Below, piece after piece: positions 12,004 through 23,631 of a DNA stretch of 64,000 nt (positions are counted from its first letter, which is position 1; each line of letters opens with the position of its first letter). The notes under the pieces are model-generated. The model saw only the letters and a list, made by a program, of their open reading frames with translations, was not told the origin of the DNA and did no database searches. A program made the position numbers and the translations under genes. Source of the stretch: Lytechinus pictus (taxonomy: Eukaryota). The stretch lies in assembly GCF_037042905.1 (NCBI RefSeq), contig NW_026974140.1, positions 62,001 to 126,000 of the forward strand, in the 5' to 3' direction.

Positions 12004-12981
12004 TTATCTAAACAGTGCGTACATAACAATTTAACAAAATAATAGTATTTACAAATGAAAGCAATAAAAATGATAACAGAAATTTAGTTTTCCCACAGCC
12101 GTTCAGCTATAGCTTTACGAAAATTTGACCTTGATGGTCTCTTCTGATTTGATCGGTAGCTCATTCCAAGAAGTTAAGATAAACACTCCTTTGCCAAACT
12201 TGTCTTAACCTTTCGTACATACAGATTCTGATCTCTCTTTTGCCTTATATCTAAAATTTAAAATAAACAAAAAGTATAGATATTAAATCATTATAGTCCG
12301 GCAGCTTAGGAGATTTATTCAACCGAAAGCCGGACAAGCAAGTGACCCTATAGCTGGATGGCATTGACCCTGAAGTTTACAAAAAATTCATTGCTGCCGG
12401 GTTTTCTCCGTGGTCTTCCCGCCGAAATTACGTAGTATATGACGTCACTACAAAATAGCCCTATTTCACAATTTTTTTGACATTCTACACATAACATGAA
12501 GTTAAGGGAAAATATCTCAACCAAACCATATTCGTTTTGTATAAAACTTTCAAAATGTATTGTTCAAGTGATGCAAAAGAGACATGCAATATTTCAAAAA
12601 CAGAAATATTTGTTTACATATGCAAATTGCGTAATAAAATGTGCATATCATTAGCTTGGGAGATTTCTTGCAGCAAAAATGTCGAAAATCGGTTCAGAAA
12701 TTCGTTTTCTTTTTAGTGTATTTTTTTTAAATATATTTCCTGTCAAGCATAATATCATTCAGAGGGCGCTTTCGAGGTGTTAAGACATCACTCTAGCATC
12801 CTCTCCATTACGGAATTAATATCTGGAAATATCGCGAAATTGGAAAACCATCAGTTTGTAATCTTTAGCCTACGGAACTGTTTTGGATCACTGATATTAC
12901 CTATCTTGGTTTTAAGGATCTTTTGGCTACGTATTTTCATATATTTCGGGGAGTTTAACTGTTTGGCGTATGTGACGCTGA

Positions 12982-14220
12982 ATGCGTATAGGATACACAC
13001 GCACTATGTATGCACATAAAGCGACGCCACGCCCAGAAACACACATGCCCAAAGGACCCAAGCCCATTTTTCTACGTGTGGATGATATCAGGAATGACGA
13101 AAAGAAACAGGTCACAGGTGAGGAAATATACGTTGCCTTAGCCAAAACACTCAGTCTAGACAACATAGTGGGAATCCAGCAAATTCGCCGTTTATGGAGA
13201 ATTTATTTGAACTCCCATGAAGACCGCGTCAATTTGATATCCAATGGACTGGTAATCCGCGGAGCAACCGTCGCAATTTACGATGTGAATCCTTTCACAA
13301 GGTCTAGGGACGAAAATCTCACCAGAGTGACCGTGAAAGATATCCCGCTGTCCGTCAGCGACGAAGTCATACGCAGTGAGATAGAAAACCGGAAATGCGA
13401 GATTCAAGGAGATATCTATCGCCAAAAACTGAGAGTGAACGGTCAACTTACAAATTGTCTAAACGGAGATCGGGTATTATACATTACCCCACCAACACAA
13501 CCGTTGCCAAGGAAAATGTTATTCGGGACCAACTTTATGGGACGCGTGTATCATCTTGGACAACCCGAGCACTCCGGTGCAGCTGGCCCAGTCACATGCT
13601 CCAGATGCCTTGAATCGGGACACCATGTATCCAGATGCCACAATGATGTAAAATGTCAACTTTGTAAAAACGCTGGTCATATGAAGAATGCCTGCCCACA
13701 AAACAACCGCGCATTAGGTAATCACATAGCAACGCCTCGCGCTTCACCGCTACGACATCTCAAGGATAGCGATTCAACGCAGTCCGCCGATTCTGCGAAT
13801 CCAAGCAACAGGACGCGACAAACTCGTCTCGCGGACTTCATCAATAAGCTTGTTCAGCAACCGTCAGAGAGCAGAGATTCTGATACATCCGAGGCCATCG
13901 ATCTTCGATCACCGATGAGGACGCGATCAGCTTCATACAGCGCGGGAACCGCGTCGAGCAATTCGCATGGAGCAACGTACTGCACGCGATCACAGGTGAA
14001 GGCTAGCGGAACAACGCCAAAACGTAACGATGACGAACAGCGAGCACGGCAGCAAACGTACGGAGAATATGACGACGAAACATGTAGCGTCTACACGAAT
14101 AGCGAGGACGATGAATCTACGTTGTCACCTGAGACCTCTCCATCGAAAGCTACCGGGAAAAACAAAGAATCTAAGACCAAGAAAAGGAAAATGAAACCAG
14201 TAAAGAACAAGAAGAAGTGA
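12982..14220 (+). CDS. Tx1-type ORF1p (RRM-like region, two CCHC zinc knuckles, acidic then basic tail); the start may be ATG 13006
   Basis: CSRCLESGHHVSRC and CQLCKNAGHMKNAC; NGDR motif; K-rich C-terminus. Confidence 0.88.
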   Translation: MRIGYTRTMYAHKATPRPETHMPKGPKPIFLRVDDIRNDEKKQVTGEEIYVALAKTLSLDNIVGIQQIRRLWRIYLNSHEDRVNLISNGLVIRGATVAIYDVNPFTRSRDENLTRVTVKDIPLSVSDEVIRSEIENRKCEIQGDIYRQKLRVNGQLTNCLNGDRVLYITPPTQPLPRKMLFGTNFMGRVYHLGQPEHSGAAGPVTCSRCLESGHHVSRCHNDVKCQLCKNAGHMKNACPQNNRALGNHIATPRASPLRHLKDSDSTQSADSANPSNRTRQTRLADFINKLVQQPSESRDSDTSEAIDLRSPMRTRSASYSAGTASSNSHGATYCTRSQVKASGTTPKRNDDEQRARQQTYGEYDDETCSVYTNSEDDESTLSPETSPSKATGKNKESKTKKRKMKPVKNKKK

Positions 14221-14268
14221 GTTCGAAGAAATATGAATATGAAACATTTGGATCTTGATAATTAATAT

Positions 14269-17200
14269 ATGACAGAGTCTATTCACTTTGTATCGTTAAA
14301 CGTACGTGGAATATGTGACACACTTAAAAGAAAGAAAGTATTTCTATGGTTGAAACGTCAAAAATGTGACATTGCATTTTTACAAGAGACTTTTTTGTCA
14401 AAAGATCTGGAAAATGTTATTTCAAATGAATGGAAAGGTTTAGGAATTTATGATCATGGAACGAAACACTCAAAGGGTGTAGCTATTTTAATCCGAAAGG
14501 ATCTTGACATTAATATTATTGATATATATGCCAAAGGTGATGGTAGGTCCATAGCACTAAGATTAATGAGTCATGATCTTGTTTATTTTTGCCTGAATGT
14601 ATATGCTCCTGCTAAAAATACACAGAAGGAGTCATTTTATGCGTCACTGTATAGTTGGGTGAACAGGTTAAAGAAACAGAATGATATTATGATTGCAGGA
14701 GGAGACTGGAATTGTGTGCAAGATAAAAAGTTAGATACAAGTGGAATGTCATATACATACTTACCTAAAAAATGGTTTGTTAAATTTCAAAACTGTAATA
14801 ACTTAATAGATGTATGGAGAAAGAGCTTCCCAGAGAGGAGACAATTTACTTGGAGGCAGTTATCACTCAATATATATTCACGGCTTGATTATTGGCTAGT
14901 CTCTAAGGCATTTGTTCCGTATGTGCATTCTCTCGATATTAAACCAGTATTAAAGTGCGATCATAATGCTGTTACGATGAAACTTCAGGTGACAACAAAA
15001 AAGAGGGGAAAGGGTTTTTGGAAATTGAACAATTCCTTACTTGATGATGAAATGTATAAAAAAGGCATAAAAAATGTTATTAGAAAGATCAAAATGGAAT
15101 ATAACAATTTTGATAATCAGTTGAAGTGGGAGATGTGTAAAGTAAAAATAAAGGAGTTCAGCATTAAGTATGCTTCTGATGTGTCAAGGAAGAAGAGGGA
15201 ACATATAGTACACATTGAAAAAAGATACGATCAACTTTGTCAAAAACTAGATAAAGATCAACGTAGCGAAGATGTAGACGAAATTAGTCGTTTAAAACGT
15301 GAGATCAATAAATGGTATGAATATCAATGCAAAGGTGCGTATGTTCGCTCAAGAGCAAGGTGGCTTGAGTTTGGAGAGAAATCGTCTAAATATTTCTTCC
15401 AGCTTGAAAAAGCAAAAGGCAAAAAGAAAGAAATAGACTGTATTGATATTAATGGAAAGATTATTAAGGAAGATGAGAAAATTTTGTCAAATATACATGA
15501 ATTCTATACTAAACTGTATCAAAAAGATGATGTAAGATCTGATTTTAAAGAATATATAGGTAACTTAAAGTTATATGTTTTGAATGATGAAGAAGCAAAT
15601 ATATGTGAGGGAAAGCTTACAGAAAATGAATGCTGGCTCGCACTAAAGTCAATGAATCTTAACAAGTCTCCTGGTAGTGACGGCCTAAGTGTTGAATTTT
15701 ATAAATGTTTTTGGGAGGACTTGAAACAGCTGGTAGTTGCCAGCCTGAATCAGGGATATGACAAAACACAATTGTCCTCAACTCAAAGTCAAGCCATCCT
15801 TACTCTTTTGTATAAAAAGGGCAACAAAAATCTTCTAGATAATTGGCGGCCCATATCACTTCTTAATATAGACTACAAATTAGCAGCTCGTGTTTTGACT
15901 GTTAGATTGAAGAAAATTATTCATTGCATTGTATCTGAAGATCAGTTTGGTTTTATGAAAAATCGTTCTGCACCTGAATGCATTAGACTTGTACAGGATA
16001 TAATTGACTTTTGTCAAAGTACTGAGACACCTGGTATCATCATGTCATTAGACTTTAAGAAAGCCTTTGACACCGTTAATCATAATTTCCTATTCACTTT
16101 ACTAGAAGAATTTGGTTTTAAAAATTCGTTTATTAAATGGATTAAGACTTTGTATAATAACGCCAGTGGTAAAATAATAAATTATGGTTGGATATCTAAA
16201 AAGTTTTCGATTGATAGGGGTGTAAGACAAGGATGTCCATTGTCTGCCCTTTTGTTTATTATTTTGGCAGAAGTTTTAGCAGCAAAAGTTAAACAAAATT
16301 CAAAAATTAGAGGTATTCAAGTACCTAACCCTCAATCAGATTGTTCAGACTTCATAGATATTCGTATAGTTCAGTTTGCAGACGATACTACAATTTTTGC
16401 CGATTCTGCCAACTCTGTTAAAGAAATAATGAGAGAAGTAGAAAACTTTGGTAGAAATGCCGGTCCCAAAATTAATTGGTCAAAATCTAAGTTCATGAGA
16501 TTTAATATCAATGTCCAAAACACTGAGGAATTAGAATTTACAGAAAATGCTATAAAATGTCTCGGGGTTTATGTTGGAAAATTTCATAGAGAAGTTGAAA
16601 ACTTAAATTGGGAAGGTAAAGTGAAGAAAATAAAAAGTACTTTAGATTTATGGAAAATGCGAAAACTAACTTTGTATGGGAAGGTGACTGTCATAAAGCA
16701 TTTAGTCACTTCTCAATTAGTATATACAGCAACAGCAGTCCCAGTACCCTTGAAAATAATTAAATTGGTAAATAGATTGATATACTCTTTTTTATGGAAT
16801 TCCAAAGCTGAAAAGGTCAAGCGAAATGTATGCTGTAATTCTGAAATAGAAGGAGGCCTTAGAATGGTCAATTTACTTTACAAATGTTTTTCTCTTCGTT
16901 TATCATGGATTCAAAAATATATCTCAGGTGAAAAAACACCATGGAAAATTTTATTCAATTATTGGATCAGTAAAATTTCTGACATTCCTATGTGTTTGAG
17001 ATTTAACTGCCAAAAAAATGATATAATAAGAATATGCAAAAGAAAACAATTACCTGTGTTTTACATTGACCTTTTTAGATCGTGGTCTGAAATAAAGTAT
17101 ATTCACATGTTTAATGTTTTCGATATAAACCAAGAAATTATCTGGTATAATAGCAATATAAAACATGAGAAAGAAACGTTATTTTTTCAAAACTGGATCA

Positions 17201-18063
17201 AAGAGGGGATTTATAAAGTGGGACAGATTATAAAAGATGGGAATTGGAAAGATTTTTCATGTATTAGCAACTATTTTAAACGCAGGCAATTGCTTACTTC
17301 TTTCGAATTGTCAAAACTAAAAAAGGCATTCCCACACTTCTGGTTAGAGAAATTACGTAATACAAGAACCCCACAACGGCTACAAACATAAGAACCAAAT
17401 GTGATTGAGTTAGCAACAGGTGACTCAATAAATGTCGAGAAAATGTCAGCTAAACACTATTATAGTTTGTTCGTGGATAAATATAAAGAAGAACCCGTTT
17501 GTTTACATTTTTGGCAAGATCGTTTAGACTTATCAAACGAATTTAATTGGAGTGAAGTATTTAAATTCAAATTTCAGCAAATTAATGACAATAAAATAAA
17601 ACAATTCAATTTTAAACTTTTTCACAGAATATTGCCTAGTAAAGACAATTTATGCAAATGGGGAATTTCGAATGATAATTTATGTAGTACTTGCAATTGC
17701 AAGGAAACTATATGTCATTTTTTATTGACATGCAAAAAAGTCAGGATATTTTGGAAAATAGTTTCGTGTCTTATTCGGAATATTTTTGACCTTGCTATTG
17801 ACATTAATGAAAAAACGATTATTATAGGATATGATATAGGCAACCGAAAAACAAAACTCGTCAATTTCATCCTTAATTATGCCCAATATACTGTATATAA
17901 GAATTATGTCAAAGAATGTAATGATAAAAAGAAACATGTGTTACACGGAAACTATCTATTGAAAGATTTGAAAGCAGAAATAAGATTTCACATAAGTTTG
18001 AAGTATAATCAGAAAAGATTTAATGAAAATGAGTTGCAAAAGATGCGTTTTTACTTTGAGTGA
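14269..18063 (+). pseudogene. ORF2p: AP endonuclease, reverse transcriptase and C-terminal CCHC finger; one in-frame stop at 17389-17391
   Basis: SLNVRG, LQET, GGDWN, SRLDYW, CDH; KSPGSDG, WRPISLLN, DFKKAFD, QGCPLS, FADD; the 17401-18063 ORF is in the same frame and has CSTC...H....C. Confidence 0.95.
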
Positions 18064-18064
18064 A

Positions 18065-18205
18065 TACACTACCAGTCACGGTTTTTTGGGTTCGCTGTTG
18101 GCTGGCCTGTTGGAGACGGAGAACAATGGATTCAGTCCACTGAATCTATTGTTCTCTGGTTCTCGACGGGTGACAGCGGGCCGAGGAATTGTGACTGGTG
18201 GTGTA
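18065..18205 (+). other. long RNA hairpin in the LINE 3' UTR
   Basis: Near-continuous fold-back with many G-U pairs; inner stem GGAGAACAATGGATTCAGT / ACTGAATCTATTGTTCTCT. Confidence 0.8.
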
Positions 18206-18409
18206 AGTAACATATTTTACTGTATCTGTTGTACTTTTTGTAAAATATTGTTGTGTCGATATGAATTTTGTTGATGTAAAAACTTGTATCTTTTGATATT
18301 TTTATGGACAATAAAGTACCTCAATTGAGGATAAATAGAAAAAAAAAATTCTCTTTATCTATATCTTTACGTTTAGAAAATATAGTTCACTAATTGTAAA
18401 TGACATTAT

Positions 18410-21400
18410 CCCTTTGCGTGCGGGCCCGCGAAACCGGATACCTCTCCCTGCGGCGGAGCCGTTTTTGTACATTGCTGGTATTTGGATCTGTGGCGGTGTT
18501 TTCCTAATCTATTGCTAATTGCGCCAAACTGAAGTATTTTCAGGATTTTTAGTAAATGTAAAGATGAAAGATCAGACATTTTTCTTTCTAGAATTAACGG
18601 TCTCGCTTCTCAAATCAACAGAATAGTTAAGAAATTTACGAGGAAAAAGTTGTGTTATTTTGTCAAATCTTTGCTTTTTCCCAAGTCAATAGGCACTGTG
18701 TACAAAAATGCGTAAGGGCAATCAGCACGCGCGGACAAGTCGGGTTCGATCGATACCGCTTTGTTGTCTGCTCTAGTGCTTTTTTTCATTGCCTATTGTA
18801 ACGCTACTCATAAATGGTTTCTTTACCCCCTTGTATTCAGATCATTTGCAAAGTGTATAATTACGACGATAATCCGTTTTGGGTGAAATCACAGCATACC
18901 AAATACCTTTATTTTTCAGAATGAATAAAAAGGGTGAATATATTCCCTTGCAAGTATAATGATGATGCTGCGCAACGAAAGTCCGAAACTATTTTGTGAT
19001 TTTTGGCTTCTGGGCTTCAAGACGGTGGCCTCAATGTTTCACTAAAAATCGCCTTTGGTTTCTTCTTCTCATAAATTACAGTTTGCAATAAAACATAATT
19101 TTGTTCCTGGAGATTGCATACCAGTGTTCGATTTGTTTTCCTGTTACAATTTCAAAGAGTGAAGGGGGTAAATGTGACTCAAATCTGAAATCATACCTCC
19201 CAACGCTCTCCTCGTCTCGTTCTACGTTTCATTTTTCTATCTCCCTTTTCCCTCCAAAATAACCATGCTACCGATTACTGTTCGTCACAATGAGAGAAAG
19301 TAAATTATTTTTATCTATTGAAATTTTAGCATCTAAGTATTTTTTTTTCTTTCATTTTATTCATTTTTTAACCGTTCTGGATTTTTTTCACAACCGAAAA
19401 CAAAAGTAATAAATAAGCCATGAAAGATTTGTATCCCGTTTTGTCTCTATCTTTGTACTCGTTCAATTAAATACAGATGCGTTGGAGTCGGTATGAGGCG
19501 TCATTCCACCCCCCCCCCTCCATTCAGCAAACGTATACAAAAACGCGAAGTCCATAAATTTGTGATTTTTAGGGGCCGGATCACTCCCTCCCACATTCAG
19601 CTCAACCCCTCCACTATTGACAATTTTCGCGATTTATCTGCTGCGCGAAATTGTTTGACCTCGCCGCTCACTGACTTTTTACTTTCAAGTCTCGCGCAAA
19701 TTTTGAGACCAAATTATTGTAGATTACATCGCACACTACCAGCGTGCAAATTTTTGCGTCGCTCGCGCGATCGGCGGCCAAGATCTTAAGGGGGGGGGGC
19801 ATAATGCCCCCCCCCCCCCGGGAATGACAAGAATCAAAATACCCCGGGAGATTTAGGGTTAAGCGCCTGCATGTCTTAAATAAGTAAACATTTACTTTTT
19901 TTATTGTTACTGTCGTAATATGAAAAGTAGTATTTCTGAGAGCTTTTTGTATCGCTAAATACGAGAAGCATTTACTAGGTCATCCTGACGAAATACACTA
20001 ATCTTCCTTTTATTCAGGGCGTTGGCTATTAGTCCCCTCTTTTTTATAAGGAATTTGTTTGAGCGTCCGCCATGACTTTCTTTTGTTCATTTTTAAAAGA
20101 GCAGAGGATAAACGGTGTTCTTAATTCCTTTAGTTTCTATTTGTTTCCTTTGAAATAGAAGACAAAAAATAAGAGCAATATCGGATGAGAGAACGAGAGA
20201 AAGCGGGGGGTGGGTTCAAAAGTTTTCCAGGGGCCCGTTTTATATAAAATTTGTTTACAAATTTTATATAACACTTGAAAGCTACTGAAATTATTCTATT
20301 TGACTGGCGGATGGTAAATTTGTTTAAATTATTGCGCATTTTTTCATATAACATGTGCATGTATAATGTATTTATAAAACGGTACCAATTAGGGATTTCC
20401 TCGTTTTCCCTTTCTCTGGTTTCTAACCTGTAACTGAATGTATTATCTACTGCTTTCATTCCCTTATATCTATCGTCTTTCTATATCCCCTCCCTTCTAC
20501 ACCTTTTTTCTCTGAGTTCTTCTCATTTGAATTATATCTGTATCGTCTTCTTTCTTCCCGATTTGGATAACGAGGTATATACCCGCCCCCATCCCCCTCA
20601 ATCCTTTCTTTCTGATTTTTTATTCTCAGTACCTGTCATTTTACATTACATGTAACACCCCCCCCCCTCTCTCTCTCTTCATCGGTAACGGTTTCGAGAG
20701 ATCAATGCCTCGTTTTTGCCAACTTGTAGTGATCGGAGATGGTTGCATTTGTGGGCCTCTCGTCCTATTGCATCGTGGTCATCATGTCGAAAATTTTGGG
20801 GGTTTTTCCCCCTGTTTCTCAAATAATGTCCCGAAAAACCTTCTAAAATTACTATTGTAACTGTCATTTCACAAAAAATTCTATATCATCTTCCATTTTC
20901 TATATTGAAAACGTGGGTAGATATCTTTCACAAAAGACAATATGATGATGATCTTCATCATCATCGTATAAAAATGTACGACTAAACTATTTTTTGTGAA
21001 CCTGGGGCTTAGGGTTATGGCAAGACAGAGGCCTCAATCTTTCACTAAAAGTAATTTACTTTTTTAGATTTTTTTTTAATTATATGTTTCATTTAATTCG
21101 ATTTCCCCCGCAGATATTATAGTAATAAAATAATTTTGTTCCTGAAGTTTCCGCATCGGTATTCGATTTGTAATATCCTGAAATTATTTCAAAGAGTTAA
21201 ACAAATAAAAGTGACTAAAATTGTAAGTCTGAAATCATACCTCCCAACTCTCTTCTTTTCACTTTCTACGTTTCTTTATCTTACTATTCCCTCAAAAAGA
21301 GCAAAGCCATTACTGAAAGTAAAAGAAAGTATTTTTTCTTGAATAAATTATAGCATCCGCAATCATAAGTGTTGTTTTTTTTATTTGTTCTTTCGTTTTG

Positions 21401-23631
21401 TTCTATTGTCTCCTTGATTTCACAACCGATAATAAATCATTAAAAAACATTCACAATAGTTCGAATTCATTTTTGTCTCTATCGTTCAATCTAATAGTAC
21501 AGAGGCGGCGGAGTTGGTAGGAAGTTTCAGTCCTCACCGTCCTCACCCCTTTCAGCAAACATGTACAAAAAATCCGAAGTCTATATAAATTTCTGATTTT
21601 TTTTTCGGGCGGTCCACTCCCTCCCACATTCAGTCACGGAAACAATTTTTTCCTCTATGAATCTTTTCTACCACGCTATTCGCCAATTAAAAAATGAGAA
21701 AGAAATAATTGGCAAAAAGTACGAAATTCAATATAATTTGGATTGGTATCAACCTTTTTTTTTTTTTTGGGGGGGGGGTGTAGGTTACACATGAATAAAA
21801 GTTTGTAGGATTGAGAGGATTCTATCGGGTGACACGCCATACAAACGTGTTTTCTTTATAGGGGGTGCCTTAGCGTAATTTACCATCCTGTATCATTCTA
21901 TTTCCTCCATTTCGCGCGAGGAAACTTTTACTTCATTATTGGTTTTATCATTTGAAGTAATTATGTTACCGTCAACTTTTCATTGCAAAAGTTTTCATCT
22001 GGGTGAGAAAAGGAAATAAGATGAAGAGCTTCTAAAACCTAACCTAATATAAATTAATTCTGTAAAATGACATGAATTAACAAAGTGTATTTTTTTAGCC
22101 GCTCCATCCCCGTCCCACAGCTCAACACCTGCACCATAAAAACATTGCAGTCCCTGTATAACATCTTTTTCCAAACATTTTGGTTTAGATGCTAACCATG
22201 GTAAGCGCCCAAAATGCGATTTTTTTTTTTTTGGTCGTAACGGGGGAAAAGGGGGCCAGGACGGTCTTTATTCTTATCTTTTCTACCGCGTTACTCGCAA
22301 TTAAAAGCAGAAAATCGGAGAGAGGAGACAAACAAGCAATATTAGAGTGTAGGTCAGAACATTTATATCGGGGGGGGGGGGGAGGGGTCAAACAAGAACA
22401 ATGATAAAAAGTCATCAGTTTGACAAGGGTCTTAGGACCGAGTTGCAACAAACAAACATTGTGGGATTTTTTTAAAGTAATCTAACCAAAAAATAAAGTC
22501 ATGTTGTAATTCGTTTAAGTAGATATTCCTTTATCTCATTCTCTCTCGTCCTCCCTGACATTTGAACATATTTTTTCGATAATTTCCCTAAATAATTATT
22601 CGTTCATCCTTATATGCATCATCACCCAGGGGAAGCGCCTTTTTGCAATATGAATCACTGACGGATGTCATAAGCACCTGTGTTGTCGGTAATGAGACAT
22701 TTTTTTAGATACGGTATGTTGGTCGAAAAAAGGATTCATAAAAGCTTTTTGTATTGCTAAGTACGAAAAGCGTTCAATGGGTCATCCTGCCGATAAACAC
22801 TAATCTTCCTTTTGTTCGGGACGTTGACCATCTGTATCCTGCTCTTTTCGGAAGGAATTTGTTTGAGTGGCCGCCCAGACATTCTTTTGTTCGGGTAGTG
22901 CCGATATCATGAACTACGTGGACGTTCCCCTTTTGAAAAGAGCAGAAGATGAATGGTGTGCTAAACTGCTTTCTTTTCTCCTTTTTTTTTCAGAATAGTA
23001 GACAAAAATAATGAGAAGAAGAGGGATGATGGGGAGGGAAAAAGTTCAAAAGTGCACCGAGATCAGCTCAAAGTACTAAGACATTACAAGCTTTTTGCTT
23101 TTCTGAAAATGCAATCGATCGATGAAACCAAGGAGATATCATTCTATCTAGAGTGATATCTTCTTGATTAAACAAATAAGACGAAAATGGTGAATAAACG
23201 CGGAGCTTATTACGTGACGATCTTGCAGAAAAGATGTTAGCGTATAGTATACTACCATATATCTATCAGAACAACGATACGGATCAAATCACGTGATCAG
23301 AACAAATCACGTTATCAGGCCTTATGCGCGCGCGTACGTGCTCGTCACAAAATGTATCCTCCCCGTCCGACTCCAACGAAAAAATCGGGTAGAGTTGAAA
23401 TGATTTCCTATTTTCGGGATTTTTCCCCACGTAGCTGTATATTTTTTTCAATCTGTTATCGAAATAGGTTTATGAAGGAAATAGTGTCAGAGGTTTTAGT
23501 ACATAAAAATTACGAAAAAGCTGAAAAACTTAACTGAATTAAACCAAACATTTCTCGGCTTCTGTAGAAGCCCGTCGTAGCTAAGTGAACGACTCGCTGG
23601 GCTTCTGTGGAAGCCCGTCGCACGCAAAGGG
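18410..23631. mobile_element. non-autonomous piggyBac-type DNA transposon with TTAT TSD
   Basis: Perfect 13-bp TIR CCCTTTGCGTGCG; TTAT at 18406-18409 and 23632-23635; two subterminal GGCTTCTGTRGAAGCCC palindromes. Confidence 0.8.
19020..23050. repeat. old diverged internal duplication (19020-19600 ~ 21020-21632; 19935-20200 ~ 22740-23050)
   Basis: Alignable blocks such as TCTGAAATCATACCTCCCAAC and ACACTAATCTTCCTTTT. Confidence 0.75.

Larger units (their letters stand above)
12761..18348 (+). mobile_element. near full-length Tx1/L1-clade non-LTR retrotransposon
   Basis: ORF1 and ORF2, AATAAA at 18310, poly(A) to 18348; possible short ATTC duplication. Confidence 0.92.
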
